From the NCBI RefSeq assembly GCF_000011465.1, contig NC_005072.1, positions 60,001 through 92,000 on the forward strand: a stretch of DNA of 32,000 nucleotides. Direction: 5' to 3'. The DNA is from Prochlorococcus marinus subsp. pastoris str. CCMP1986 (GTDB lineage Bacteria > Cyanobacteriota > Cyanobacteriia > PCC-6307 > Cyanobiaceae). Below the pieces are notes generated by a model. That model was not told the DNA's origin. It saw only the letters and a program-made list of their open reading frames with translations, and searched no databases. The position numbers and the translations under genes were made by a program. Below, in pieces: positions 19,219 through 26,775 of the stretch (within the stretch, counting starts at the first letter, position 1; every line of letters begins with the position of its first letter).

Positions 19219-19581
19219 ATGTCTAATCAAACAAATTATTTTCCAAGTCCGTTAAGCGATGAGATCGTGAAAAATATAGATCAACTGAATTTGTCCATTA
19301 TTAAAAAGCACCATGTTCGATTGCTTGCCCATTGTCTTGAAATCTTCAAGGAAATCGGAAAAGATGAAAAATCATTCTTTGATGAAGATGAACTTCTTAA
19401 GAAATGGTGTGAAAAAAAATCCCAGAAGTTTAATGATAAAAATTTCAATCAACTTTTTTATGAACAAATGTCTTCTGCTGCAAAAAAAATAAACTTTTTT
19501 TCTAAGAGTATTAATAAAAATTTCAAAGAATTGGATCTTGAGGATTTAATCACTTTAGTTGAGCAAAATCAGGCAAATTAA
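19219..19581 (+). CDS. Hypothetical 120-aa Lys/Glu-rich helical protein, divergent from sufB
   Basis: ATG-initiated ORF 97 bp from the sufB start on the opposite strand. No overlapping ORF competes with it and the composition looks coding. I recognise no motif. It is too short for SufR and lacks a Cys cluster. Confidence 0.5.
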   Translation: MSNQTNYFPSPLSDEIVKNIDQLNLSIIKKHHVRLLAHCLEIFKEIGKDEKSFFDEDELLKKWCEKKSQKFNDKNFNQLFYEQMSSAAKKINFFSKSINKNFKELDLEDLITLVEQNQAN

Positions 19582-19814
19582 TATGAAGCGATCCCGAAGA
19601 AAAAATATATTTTTGTTGAGTTCTTAACAATTCAAGGTAATAAAATTTAAAAAACAGAAAATTAATTTACGAGTTATAGATTTCTAGATTTCTTTAAAAT
19701 TCACTTATACCAGTTACTTATAAGAAAGTTGTAAAATTTAAAAACTTGAAAGTAGTCAGAAGATCCTGACGACTGCCTCTAATGTTACCCAAACTGCAAA
19801 AAAAAAGAACATAC

Positions 19815-19860
19815 TGATCCCATGCAATTTATGGAGTTTTAAAAGTGGTTGATGGGATCA
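19815..19860 (+). repeat. 9-bp perfect inverted repeat (TGATCCCAT ... ATGGGATCA) bracketing the SD-like GGAG and the GTG start of the downstream CDS
   Basis: Arms at 19815-19823 and 19852-19860. The 28-nt loop contains GGAG (19833-19836) and GTG (19845). The repeat is seen directly in the sequence; any function is speculative. Confidence 0.5.
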
Positions 19861-20951
19861 AGAATAAAGAATATTTACTTAGTCTAACCCTCAGACAATT
19901 GCGACAAGAAGCTAGTAAATTATCTGTCCCTTTATACAGTAGAAAGACAAAAGCTGTACTTATTGAACTAATTGATAAATACCAAAAAAATGCTAATCAA
20001 TCATTTAATAAAACTCCAACTAAAAATATTCCTCTAAAAACCTCTAAACTCGCAACTCAAACAAAAACAGAAGAAGTTAAAACAAAACTAGTATTTTTGC
20101 CCAGAGATCCAGAGTGGGCATATGTATTTTGGCAAATTTCAGAAAGTGATAGAGATAAAGCTCAGTCTTTAGGTGCTAATAAATTATGTCTACGTTTATA
20201 TGATGCCTCAGGTATTGGTGAAGGAAATCTAAATAAAGGCACTTTAAGAGAAATTGCTGTAGATAGTTATAGTACCGAATGGTATTTGCCTATTCCTCTA
20301 GCGGATAGGGACTATAAGGTTGAATTAGGTTACAAATACGGCTTTAAATGGATGTCATTAGCTTTTTCCTCTGTTAGCTATGTACCAGGTACTCAGCCTT
20401 CAGAGCAGATTTTAGATAAATTTGTTCCTTTTAACTTAGAAAATCCTGCATCACTTGAGCCTCCTTCGATTATACAAAACCCAAAGGTACAAGAAAATAA
20501 TGGTTTGCATGAGCGCTTATACCAGGCAGCAACAAGTTTTCCTATAAGAAGAAAAATAGGTTCTGAAGAATTTATGGAAAACATGAATTCAAATAATTTA
20601 AACTCAAATCTCACCGATTCTGGTGCAGGGCAATGGTCTTCAGGCTTAAACGAATCTGGTAGTGGAATAGTTAAAAATAAATCCTTTTGGTTAGTTGCTG
20701 ATTCGGAATTAATTGTTTATGGAGCAACAGATCCATCCGCCAAATTAACTATTGGTGAAGAAGAAGTTCCTTTGGCTGCTGACGGTACTTTTAGGCTTCA
20801 AGTTCCTTTTAGGGATGGCTCGCAAAAATACGAAATTAAGGCTACGGATGCTTCTGGTGACCAAGAAAAAAGTATTACAATGAAATTTGATAGAGTTACT
20901 CCCCTTGACGATACAAATGAAAAAGATAATGCTGAGACAAAATGGTTTTAA
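19845..20951 (+). CDS. Conserved protein of unknown function with Rho_N/SAP-like N-terminal motif and DUF4912-like central domain
   Basis: 368 aa. The N-terminus LTLRQLRQEASKLSVPLYSRKTKAVLIELI resembles the Rho termination factor N-terminal (SAP-like) helix-hairpin. VFLPRDPEWAYVFWQISESDRDKA matches my recollection of DUF4912. The C-terminal segment looks beta-rich. GTG start with GGAG 8 nt upstream. Confidence 0.7.
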   Translation: MVDGIKNKEYLLSLTLRQLRQEASKLSVPLYSRKTKAVLIELIDKYQKNANQSFNKTPTKNIPLKTSKLATQTKTEEVKTKLVFLPRDPEWAYVFWQISESDRDKAQSLGANKLCLRLYDASGIGEGNLNKGTLREIAVDSYSTEWYLPIPLADRDYKVELGYKYGFKWMSLAFSSVSYVPGTQPSEQILDKFVPFNLENPASLEPPSIIQNPKVQENNGLHERLYQAATSFPIRRKIGSEEFMENMNSNNLNSNLTDSGAGQWSSGLNESGSGIVKNKSFWLVADSELIVYGATDPSAKLTIGEEEVPLAADGTFRLQVPFRDGSQKYEIKATDASGDQEKSITMKFDRVTPLDDTNEKDNAETKWF

Positions 20952-20966
20952 ATAAATAAAATACTA

Positions 20967-21137
20967 ATGCTAAAAAAAATTGTTGCTTTTACACCTTTAT
21001 TTGGAGCTGTGACTTTTCCTTTGATAGTTCCTATTACTATTTCTAAGTTTGGAGTAAATTATGGAATTCTAAGTGCATTAGTTATTTCCTCCTTATGGTT
21101 TATCGCTATGTTAAGAACATCCGAAATGCCACATTAA
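20967..21137 (+). CDS. Small (56 aa) predicted two-helix membrane protein; not in the supplied ORF track
   Basis: ATG 20967 to TAA 21135-21137 gives MLKKIVAFTPLFGAVTFPLIVPITISKFGVNYGILSALVISSLWFIAMLRTSEMPH. It fills most of the 219-bp gap between the DUF4912-like gene and pgm on the same strand. Two hydrophobic stretches and a basic N-terminus. Confidence 0.45.
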   Translation: MLKKIVAFTPLFGAVTFPLIVPITISKFGVNYGILSALVISSLWFIAMLRTSEMPH

Positions 21138-21170
21138 TTTAGTTAGATTTTTCTAAGTTTTATATAAATC

Positions 21171-22808
21171 ATGACTGAAGTTAATGTTATTAATATAAAA
21201 AATCCTTTTCTAGATCAGAAACCAGGTACTTCTGGGTTAAGAAAAAGCACTTTAAAATTTAAAGAAGAGCATTACTTGGAAATATTTATAGAGGCAATTT
21301 TTAAATCACTTAATAATTTGAGCGGATCAACTTTGGTTGTTGGTGGGGATGGTAGATATGGAAATATCGAAGCAATCGAGAAGATTATTCAAATATGTGT
21401 AGCTCATAAAGTTGGAAAAGTTATTATTCCAAAAAACGGTTTATTATCAACACCTGCGACATCTCATTTGATTAGAAAAGAGGAGGCTATTGGAGGAATT
21501 ATTCTTTCAGCAAGTCATAATCCTGGTGGTATTGACGGGGATTTCGGAGTGAAATTAAATACTGCGAATGGTGGACCTGCTCCTGAGTCAATTACAGATC
21601 AAATATTCCAATGTTCTCAATCACTTAAGAGTTACAAAATTAGTAATATTAAAATTCCAGACTTAGATAAGTTTGGTGTATTCTCACTTGGAGAAACTTC
21701 ATTAGAAATAATTGATGGATTAAAGGATTATTCAGATTTAATGGAGAATATTTTTGATTTTGATCAAATAAGTGATTTTCTTAAAAATGATTTCTCTTTA
21801 ATTTTTGATGCAATGAATGCAGTTACTGGTCCATATGCAAAAAATATTTTTGTTGAAAAAATGGGTCTTGTAGATGCTTGTGTAATGAATGGCACACCCC
21901 TCGAGGATTTTGGAGGTTTACATCCTGATCCAAATCTTACTTATGCGTCTAAATTGGCAGATTTGTTATTAGTTCAAAAAGCCTATAGTTTTGGAGCTGC
22001 ATGTGATGGTGATGGTGATAGAAATATGATCTTAGGTCAGGGATGTTTTGTAAATCCAAGTGATAGTTTGGCAGTTATTACTGCTAATACAAATTGTGTA
22101 CCTGGATATAAAGATGGTATTGCTGGTGTTGCCCGATCTATGCCCACGAGTTCAGCAGTAGACTTTGTTGCACGTGCTTTAAATATTCCTTGTTTTGAAA
22201 CACCAACTGGATGGAAATTTTTTGGAAACCTTTTAGATTCTAATTTAATAACAATTTGTGGAGAGGAAAGCTTCGGAACTGGTAGTAATCATGTAAGAGA
22301 AAAAGATGGCTTATGGGCAGTTTTATATTGGTTACAAATTTTAGCTGTGAAAAATTGTTCAGTAAGTGAATTAATTCAAAACCACTGGAAACAATACGGA
22401 AGAAATTATTATTCAAGACATGATTATGAGGCTATTCCCTCTACTATTGCAAATCAAATATTCAATAATTTATCTTCTATGCTTCCAAGTTTAAAAGACA
22501 ATAAGTTTGCTGGAAATCTTGTAAAACAAGCTGACAACTTCTCATATTTAGATCCAGTAGATAATTCAGTTAGTAAAAATCAAGGATTAAGAATTATACT
22601 TGAGGATAATTCCAGAGTAATCATACGTTTATCAGGTACTGGTACCAAAGGTTCAACTTTAAGATTATATTTTGAAAAATTTGCCAATTCTCAACATAAT
22701 TTAGATTTAAATCCTCAAATAGCTCTAAAAGATTTAATTAACGATTTAGATCATTTATTAAATATTTCAAAACTTACCAAAATGGAAAAACCTACCGTTA
22801 TTACATAA
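21171..22808 (+). CDS. pgm: Phosphoglucomutase (alpha-D-phosphohexomutase superfamily)
   Basis: 545 aa. Phosphoserine loop SASHNPGG, metal loop CDGDGDRNMI, sugar-binding loop CGEESFGTGS. Confidence 0.95.
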   Translation: MTEVNVINIKNPFLDQKPGTSGLRKSTLKFKEEHYLEIFIEAIFKSLNNLSGSTLVVGGDGRYGNIEAIEKIIQICVAHKVGKVIIPKNGLLSTPATSHLIRKEEAIGGIILSASHNPGGIDGDFGVKLNTANGGPAPESITDQIFQCSQSLKSYKISNIKIPDLDKFGVFSLGETSLEIIDGLKDYSDLMENIFDFDQISDFLKNDFSLIFDAMNAVTGPYAKNIFVEKMGLVDACVMNGTPLEDFGGLHPDPNLTYASKLADLLLVQKAYSFGAACDGDGDRNMILGQGCFVNPSDSLAVITANTNCVPGYKDGIAGVARSMPTSSAVDFVARALNIPCFETPTGWKFFGNLLDSNLITICGEESFGTGSNHVREKDGLWAVLYWLQILAVKNCSVSELIQNHWKQYGRNYYSRHDYEAIPSTIANQIFNNLSSMLPSLKDNKFAGNLVKQADNFSYLDPVDNSVSKNQGLRIILEDNSRVIIRLSGTGTKGSTLRLYFEKFANSQHNLDLNPQIALKDLINDLDHLLNISKLTKMEKPTVIT

Positions 22809-22843
22809 TTTTCAAAAATGATTTATTCGTTAGATTAAAAAAC

Positions 22844-24133
22844 ATGGAGTCAGATAATTTATTTAGCAATACTTATCGAATAGAAAGTAACGCGCCATTA
22901 GCGGATAAATTAAGACCAAAAAATTTAGATGACTTTTTCGGTCAGGAATCCATTTTAGGACATGATTCTTTATTAAGAAATGCAATTTTGAATGATAAGG
23001 TAGGAAATATTATTTTTTCTGGACCGCCTGGTGTAGGTAAAACAACTTTAATTGAGATTATATCTTCTAATACTCGTTCTTCATTAATAAAGTTAAACGC
23101 TGTTTTGTCTAGTATTAAGGAGTTAAGAACTGAGATTGCTAATGCGAAGGAAAGATTACGTAGTTCTAATAGGAAAACAATTTTATTTATTGATGAGGTA
23201 CATAGATTCACCTCAGTTCAACAAGATGCTTTGTTGCCCTCAATTGAAAATGGCACCATTACTTTTATTGGCGCTACAACAGAAAACCCTTTCTTTGCCG
23301 TAAATAAAGCTCTAATAAGTAGAGCTCGTATTTTCTCATTACTTCCTTTGAATAAGAATGATTTGAAGAAAATAATTGATAAAGTAATAAAGTATTACTC
23401 CTGCCTTAAAGATTCCAAGGTTGTTGAAATAAAAGAAGAGGCAATTAATCATTTAATAAAATTTTCTGGAGGCGATGCGAGGAATCTCATAAACGCTTTA
23501 GAGTTAGGTATTAGTATTACCAAGGAAAATAAAGAAAACTTGGTTGTTATTGATCTCGCAATTGCTGAAGATTCAATCCAAAAGAAAAATATTGTATATG
23601 ACAAAAATGGACAAAATCATTTTGATGTTATTAGTGCATTTATAAAATCTATTAGGGGTTCAGACCCAGATGCGACTTTATATTGGCTTGCCAATATGGT
23701 AGAAGCTGGTGAAGATCCAAATTTTATTTTTAGAAGACTTTTGATTTCCGCTTGTGAGGATATAGGTCTTGCAGATCCCAATGCAATAGTTGTTGTGCAA
23801 TCATGTTGTGATGCTTTTGATCGAGTCGGTTTTCCTGAAGGATTATTTTTTCTTTCACAAGCCTCTTTATACTTAGCAATTTCTCCAAAGAGTAATAGTA
23901 CTAAATCAATTTTTAAAGCGCTAGAAGCAATTAAGGCTACTAACGTATCGTTAGTTCCCAATCATCTGAAAAATAATGCTAGTAATTACTTGAATCCACA
24001 TAATTATCAAGGGAAGTGGTTGCAACAAGAATATCTGCCAACAGATTTACAAGGAATTAAGTTTTGGAAACCAAAAGATTCTGGATGGGAAAAAAATAAA
24101 TATGAAGATTTACCTAAAAAACAAAAAAGTTAG
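22844..24133 (+). CDS. rarA: Replication-associated recombination protein A (AAA+ ATPase MgsA/RarA)
   Basis: Walker A GPPGVGKTT, Walker B ILFIDEVHRF, and a C-terminal MgsA-type helical domain (DATLYWLANMVEAGEDPNFIFRRL). Confidence 0.93.
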   Translation: MESDNLFSNTYRIESNAPLADKLRPKNLDDFFGQESILGHDSLLRNAILNDKVGNIIFSGPPGVGKTTLIEIISSNTRSSLIKLNAVLSSIKELRTEIANAKERLRSSNRKTILFIDEVHRFTSVQQDALLPSIENGTITFIGATTENPFFAVNKALISRARIFSLLPLNKNDLKKIIDKVIKYYSCLKDSKVVEIKEEAINHLIKFSGGDARNLINALELGISITKENKENLVVIDLAIAEDSIQKKNIVYDKNGQNHFDVISAFIKSIRGSDPDATLYWLANMVEAGEDPNFIFRRLLISACEDIGLADPNAIVVVQSCCDAFDRVGFPEGLFFLSQASLYLAISPKSNSTKSIFKALEAIKATNVSLVPNHLKNNASNYLNPHNYQGKWLQQEYLPTDLQGIKFWKPKDSGWEKNKYEDLPKKQKS

Positions 24134-24786
24134 ACCATTTTTGAGCTGCAAATAATATTAGGTATAAAGTGAGAAGTATCTTTATAAGCTAAAGAGATAG
24201 TCCATTTATATAAGTTAATTTGGGTAAATTTTAACTTCAGTTTCTTTTTATTATGAAATAAGATTTTGTCATTTTCAGAATATTGCCATTCCTTTATGTC
24301 TTCAGCTAACTTCCCATGATCCCATTTTATGGCGGCCTCAACTGCACACCATTGATTTAAGATGGTTTTTCTATATGATTCGCTCGTAGTATTTAAACTA
24401 TTTGATTTGAAGAAATATTTTTTCGCTAATTTTTCATAATTGAAATTTCTATCAAGTCTCTCAATATCAATCCCAATTTTTCTTTCATGCCAAACTAATA
24501 TAATTGCATCATTGCAATGACTAAAACTACAATACCCCATCCCTTTTGGTAATTCAGGAGGTTCTCCTGGATTTGCAATTATGGGTACCTCTAATGGATT
24601 TAAATTAAAAAGATTTCCTAAACATTGTCTTATATAAGCTCTGCTTTCTAAAAAAATATTTGCTCGATGTCTAGAAAGCTTATTTGCGATTTCAAGTTCA
24701 TTCAGTGTTGCGACATCTTGTACACCTTTTATCTCATGAAACCAGATTTTTGGTATTTTATATTCATAGTTATTTAATAATGTCAA
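24130..24786 (-). CDS. 4'-phosphopantetheinyl transferase (Sfp/HetI type)
   Basis: 218 aa with PPTase motifs IGIDIERL and WCAVEAAIKW. The only canonical in-frame start is TTG at 24786-24784, because an in-frame stop lies at 24793-24795. Confidence 0.8.
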   Translation of the reverse strand: MTLLNNYEYKIPKIWFHEIKGVQDVATLNELEIANKLSRHRANIFLESRAYIRQCLGNLFNLNPLEVPIIANPGEPPELPKGMGYCSFSHCNDAIILVWHERKIGIDIERLDRNFNYEKLAKKYFFKSNSLNTTSESYRKTILNQWCAVEAAIKWDHGKLAEDIKEWQYSENDKILFHNKKKLKLKFTQINLYKWTISLAYKDTSHFIPNIICSSKMV

Positions 24787-25253
24787 TGGCTCTTAAGGTT
24801 GGTGATAAAGCACCAGAATTTAATTTAAAAGACTCTTTTGAAAAAGATGTATCTTTAAAAGATTTTAAAGGTAAAAGAATAATACTATATTTTTATCCAA
24901 AAGATAATACTCCAGGATGTACTAAAGAGGCTTGTAATTTTAAAGAAAATTGGGATTTACTTAAGCAAAATAACTTTGTAGTTCTGGGAATTAGTAAAGA
25001 TAGCGCTGCTTCACATCAGAAATTCATTGAAAAATTTGACTTACCTTTTGTTCTCTTGACTGACCCTGAACCTTATAAAACCTCTTCTGATTATGATAGT
25101 TATGGCCTTAAAAAATTTATGGGCAAGGAATATATGGGAATGATGAGAAATACTTTTTTAATTGATGTTGATGGTAAAGTCGAAAAAATTTATCTTAAGG
25201 TTAAAGCAGCTATTATGGCAGACCATATTATTTCAGATTTAGGATTAAGGTAA
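24786..25253 (+). CDS. bcp: Peroxiredoxin Bcp (bacterioferritin comigratory protein, atypical 2-Cys)
   Basis: The family-typical N-terminus MALKVGDKAPEFNL begins at ATG 24786; ATG 24780 is an alternative. Active site PKDNTPGCTKEAC (CxxxxC). The 34-codon upstream extension in the track ORF (from 24684) overlaps the PPTase gene and has no family support. Confidence 0.92.
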   Translation: MALKVGDKAPEFNLKDSFEKDVSLKDFKGKRIILYFYPKDNTPGCTKEACNFKENWDLLKQNNFVVLGISKDSAASHQKFIEKFDLPFVLLTDPEPYKTSSDYDSYGLKKFMGKEYMGMMRNTFLIDVDGKVEKIYLKVKAAIMADHIISDLGLR

Positions 25254-25258
25254 TTATT

Positions 25259-25939
25259 CTAATGATTGAAGTGTGTGATCATCCCTTGCATAACTAAATT
25301 CGGGGAGATAATAATTTCTTCTTTCTTTTGCTTTAATAGACTACCAATTAATTCAGAGTCGCCTCCGCACACAATCAAAATATCCTTAGCAGGGTTAAAT
25401 GATAAATTAATCACACCCATGAGAGAGTTAGATACTCCCTTTAACATTGAATCTTCTGTATTAATTAGAAAATCTTGAACAGGAATATCATATTTTTTTG
25501 GAGCTTTAAGATTATCGGTATATTTCTCCATAGATCTTAGCTGTGTCAGGAAACCAGGTGTTATTTGCCCACCGATAATAGAGCCTTTTGCAGTTAACTT
25601 CGTAATAGATAAAGTTGTTCCAAAATCTGCTACTAATAGATCTTTTCTGGATGGGTTCTCTATTATTTTTAAAGCTTCCAAACAACCAAGAGCTCTATCA
25701 ACCCCAAAATGATTCGGAAGGTTTTTTAATTTAATATCTTGAGTTGAGATCCTATTTTCTTGCTTAAGAGACAAATCTGGTAATTTACCTACTGATGCCC
25801 AAATTAAATTATTTAAATTGATATTTTGAGGCACATTATTATTTTTTTGTGTGTGAAAAAACTTATACTTTGATTGTAAATTTTCTGCCCAGTGAAGCCT
25901 GCTATTGCCAACTAAAAGGAAATTAATATCATCAATCAT
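25259..25939 (-). CDS. coaX: Type III pantothenate kinase
   Basis: 226 aa. The N-terminus LLVGNSRLHWA is typical of cyanobacterial CoaX. ASKHA-fold phosphate motifs ADFGTTLSI and IVCGGDSE. Confidence 0.85.
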   Translation of the reverse strand: MIDDINFLLVGNSRLHWAENLQSKYKFFHTQKNNNVPQNINLNNLIWASVGKLPDLSLKQENRISTQDIKLKNLPNHFGVDRALGCLEALKIIENPSRKDLLVADFGTTLSITKLTAKGSIIGGQITPGFLTQLRSMEKYTDNLKAPKKYDIPVQDFLINTEDSMLKGVSNSLMGVINLSFNPAKDILIVCGGDSELIGSLLKQKKEEIIISPNLVMQGMITHFNH

Positions 25940-25957
25940 AGGCCCTAAAAGAAAAAT

Positions 25958-26686
25958 TTAATTTTCAGTATGAATTCCACATTCTTGCTTCATTCCGCCA
26001 AATCTTGTTGTCCTGCCTTCTTTATCAACACTTTCAGGAGAACTGGAATGCCAATCTCCAACAGTTGAATAACCTTTTGAGAAAAGTGGGTGTGACGGTA
26101 ATTGATTTTCTTTCATGTAATAAAAAATATCTTTGTTTTTCCAGTTGAGTAAGGGCCTTAAAGAAAGTCGTTTGCGAATTACGTCAACAAAATTCATTTT
26201 ATTCCTATTTTTCGTTTGCTCCGATCTAACACCGCTAGCCCAGCAGAATATGTCGTGTTTATCTAAAGCATTTTCTAAAGGTTTGATTTTTCTTATGTCA
26301 TGGTATTTATCTAAATCACTAGATTTATTAGTTTCCCAAAGTTTTCCATAAAGGGATTCCATTCTTGCTGGAGATAGTTCACTTTGTAAAACCTCAATTT
26401 CTAAAGATAAATCATTAATTAGTCTCTCTGCATATTTATAAGTCTCTGAGGGTAAGTAACCTGTATCTATCCAGAAAATCTTAATTTTTTTTTGTAGTGA
26501 GTGCTGATGCACCATATGTAAAATAACTGATGATTGTATACCAAAGCTTGTTGTAATAGCGAATTGATTACCAAAGTTTTTATAACCCCATAATATTATT
26601 TCTTTGGGGGTCATATCTTTTAATTTTTTATTATGCCCTTCTAAATTAAGTTGAATACTTTCTAGCGTTTTCTTAATCATTATCAA
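25958..26686 (-). CDS. cysH: Phosphoadenosine phosphosulfate (PAPS) reductase
   Basis: PP-loop-like TSFGIQSSVILHM and the C-terminal catalytic motif ECGIH. It has GYSTVGDWHSS instead of the Cys-containing GCxxCT, and no CC pair. This indicates the PAPS type rather than the Fe-S APS-reductase type. Confidence 0.9.
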   Translation of the reverse strand: MIMIKKTLESIQLNLEGHNKKLKDMTPKEIILWGYKNFGNQFAITTSFGIQSSVILHMVHQHSLQKKIKIFWIDTGYLPSETYKYAERLINDLSLEIEVLQSELSPARMESLYGKLWETNKSSDLDKYHDIRKIKPLENALDKHDIFCWASGVRSEQTKNRNKMNFVDVIRKRLSLRPLLNWKNKDIFYYMKENQLPSHPLFSKGYSTVGDWHSSSPESVDKEGRTTRFGGMKQECGIHTEN

Positions 26687-26775
26687 AGGTAGTTAGGGAT
26701 TAGAGTTTATTTCGCTCAGTTTGAGTATTATTCGTTTAATTTAATAATACATTTAGGTTTAACTATATATCCTTC

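Noticed and set aside
19583-19627. 14-codon ORF (MKRSRRKNIFLLSS) immediately after the 120-aa ORF stop.
   Set aside because: It is too short, has no SD and has an unremarkable composition. Nothing separates it from chance.
24684-24785. 34-codon N-terminal extension of bcp in the ORF track (189-aa version).
   Set aside because: Bcp family proteins begin at MALKVGDKAPEF. The extension overlaps the PPTase CDS on the other strand and has no family counterpart.
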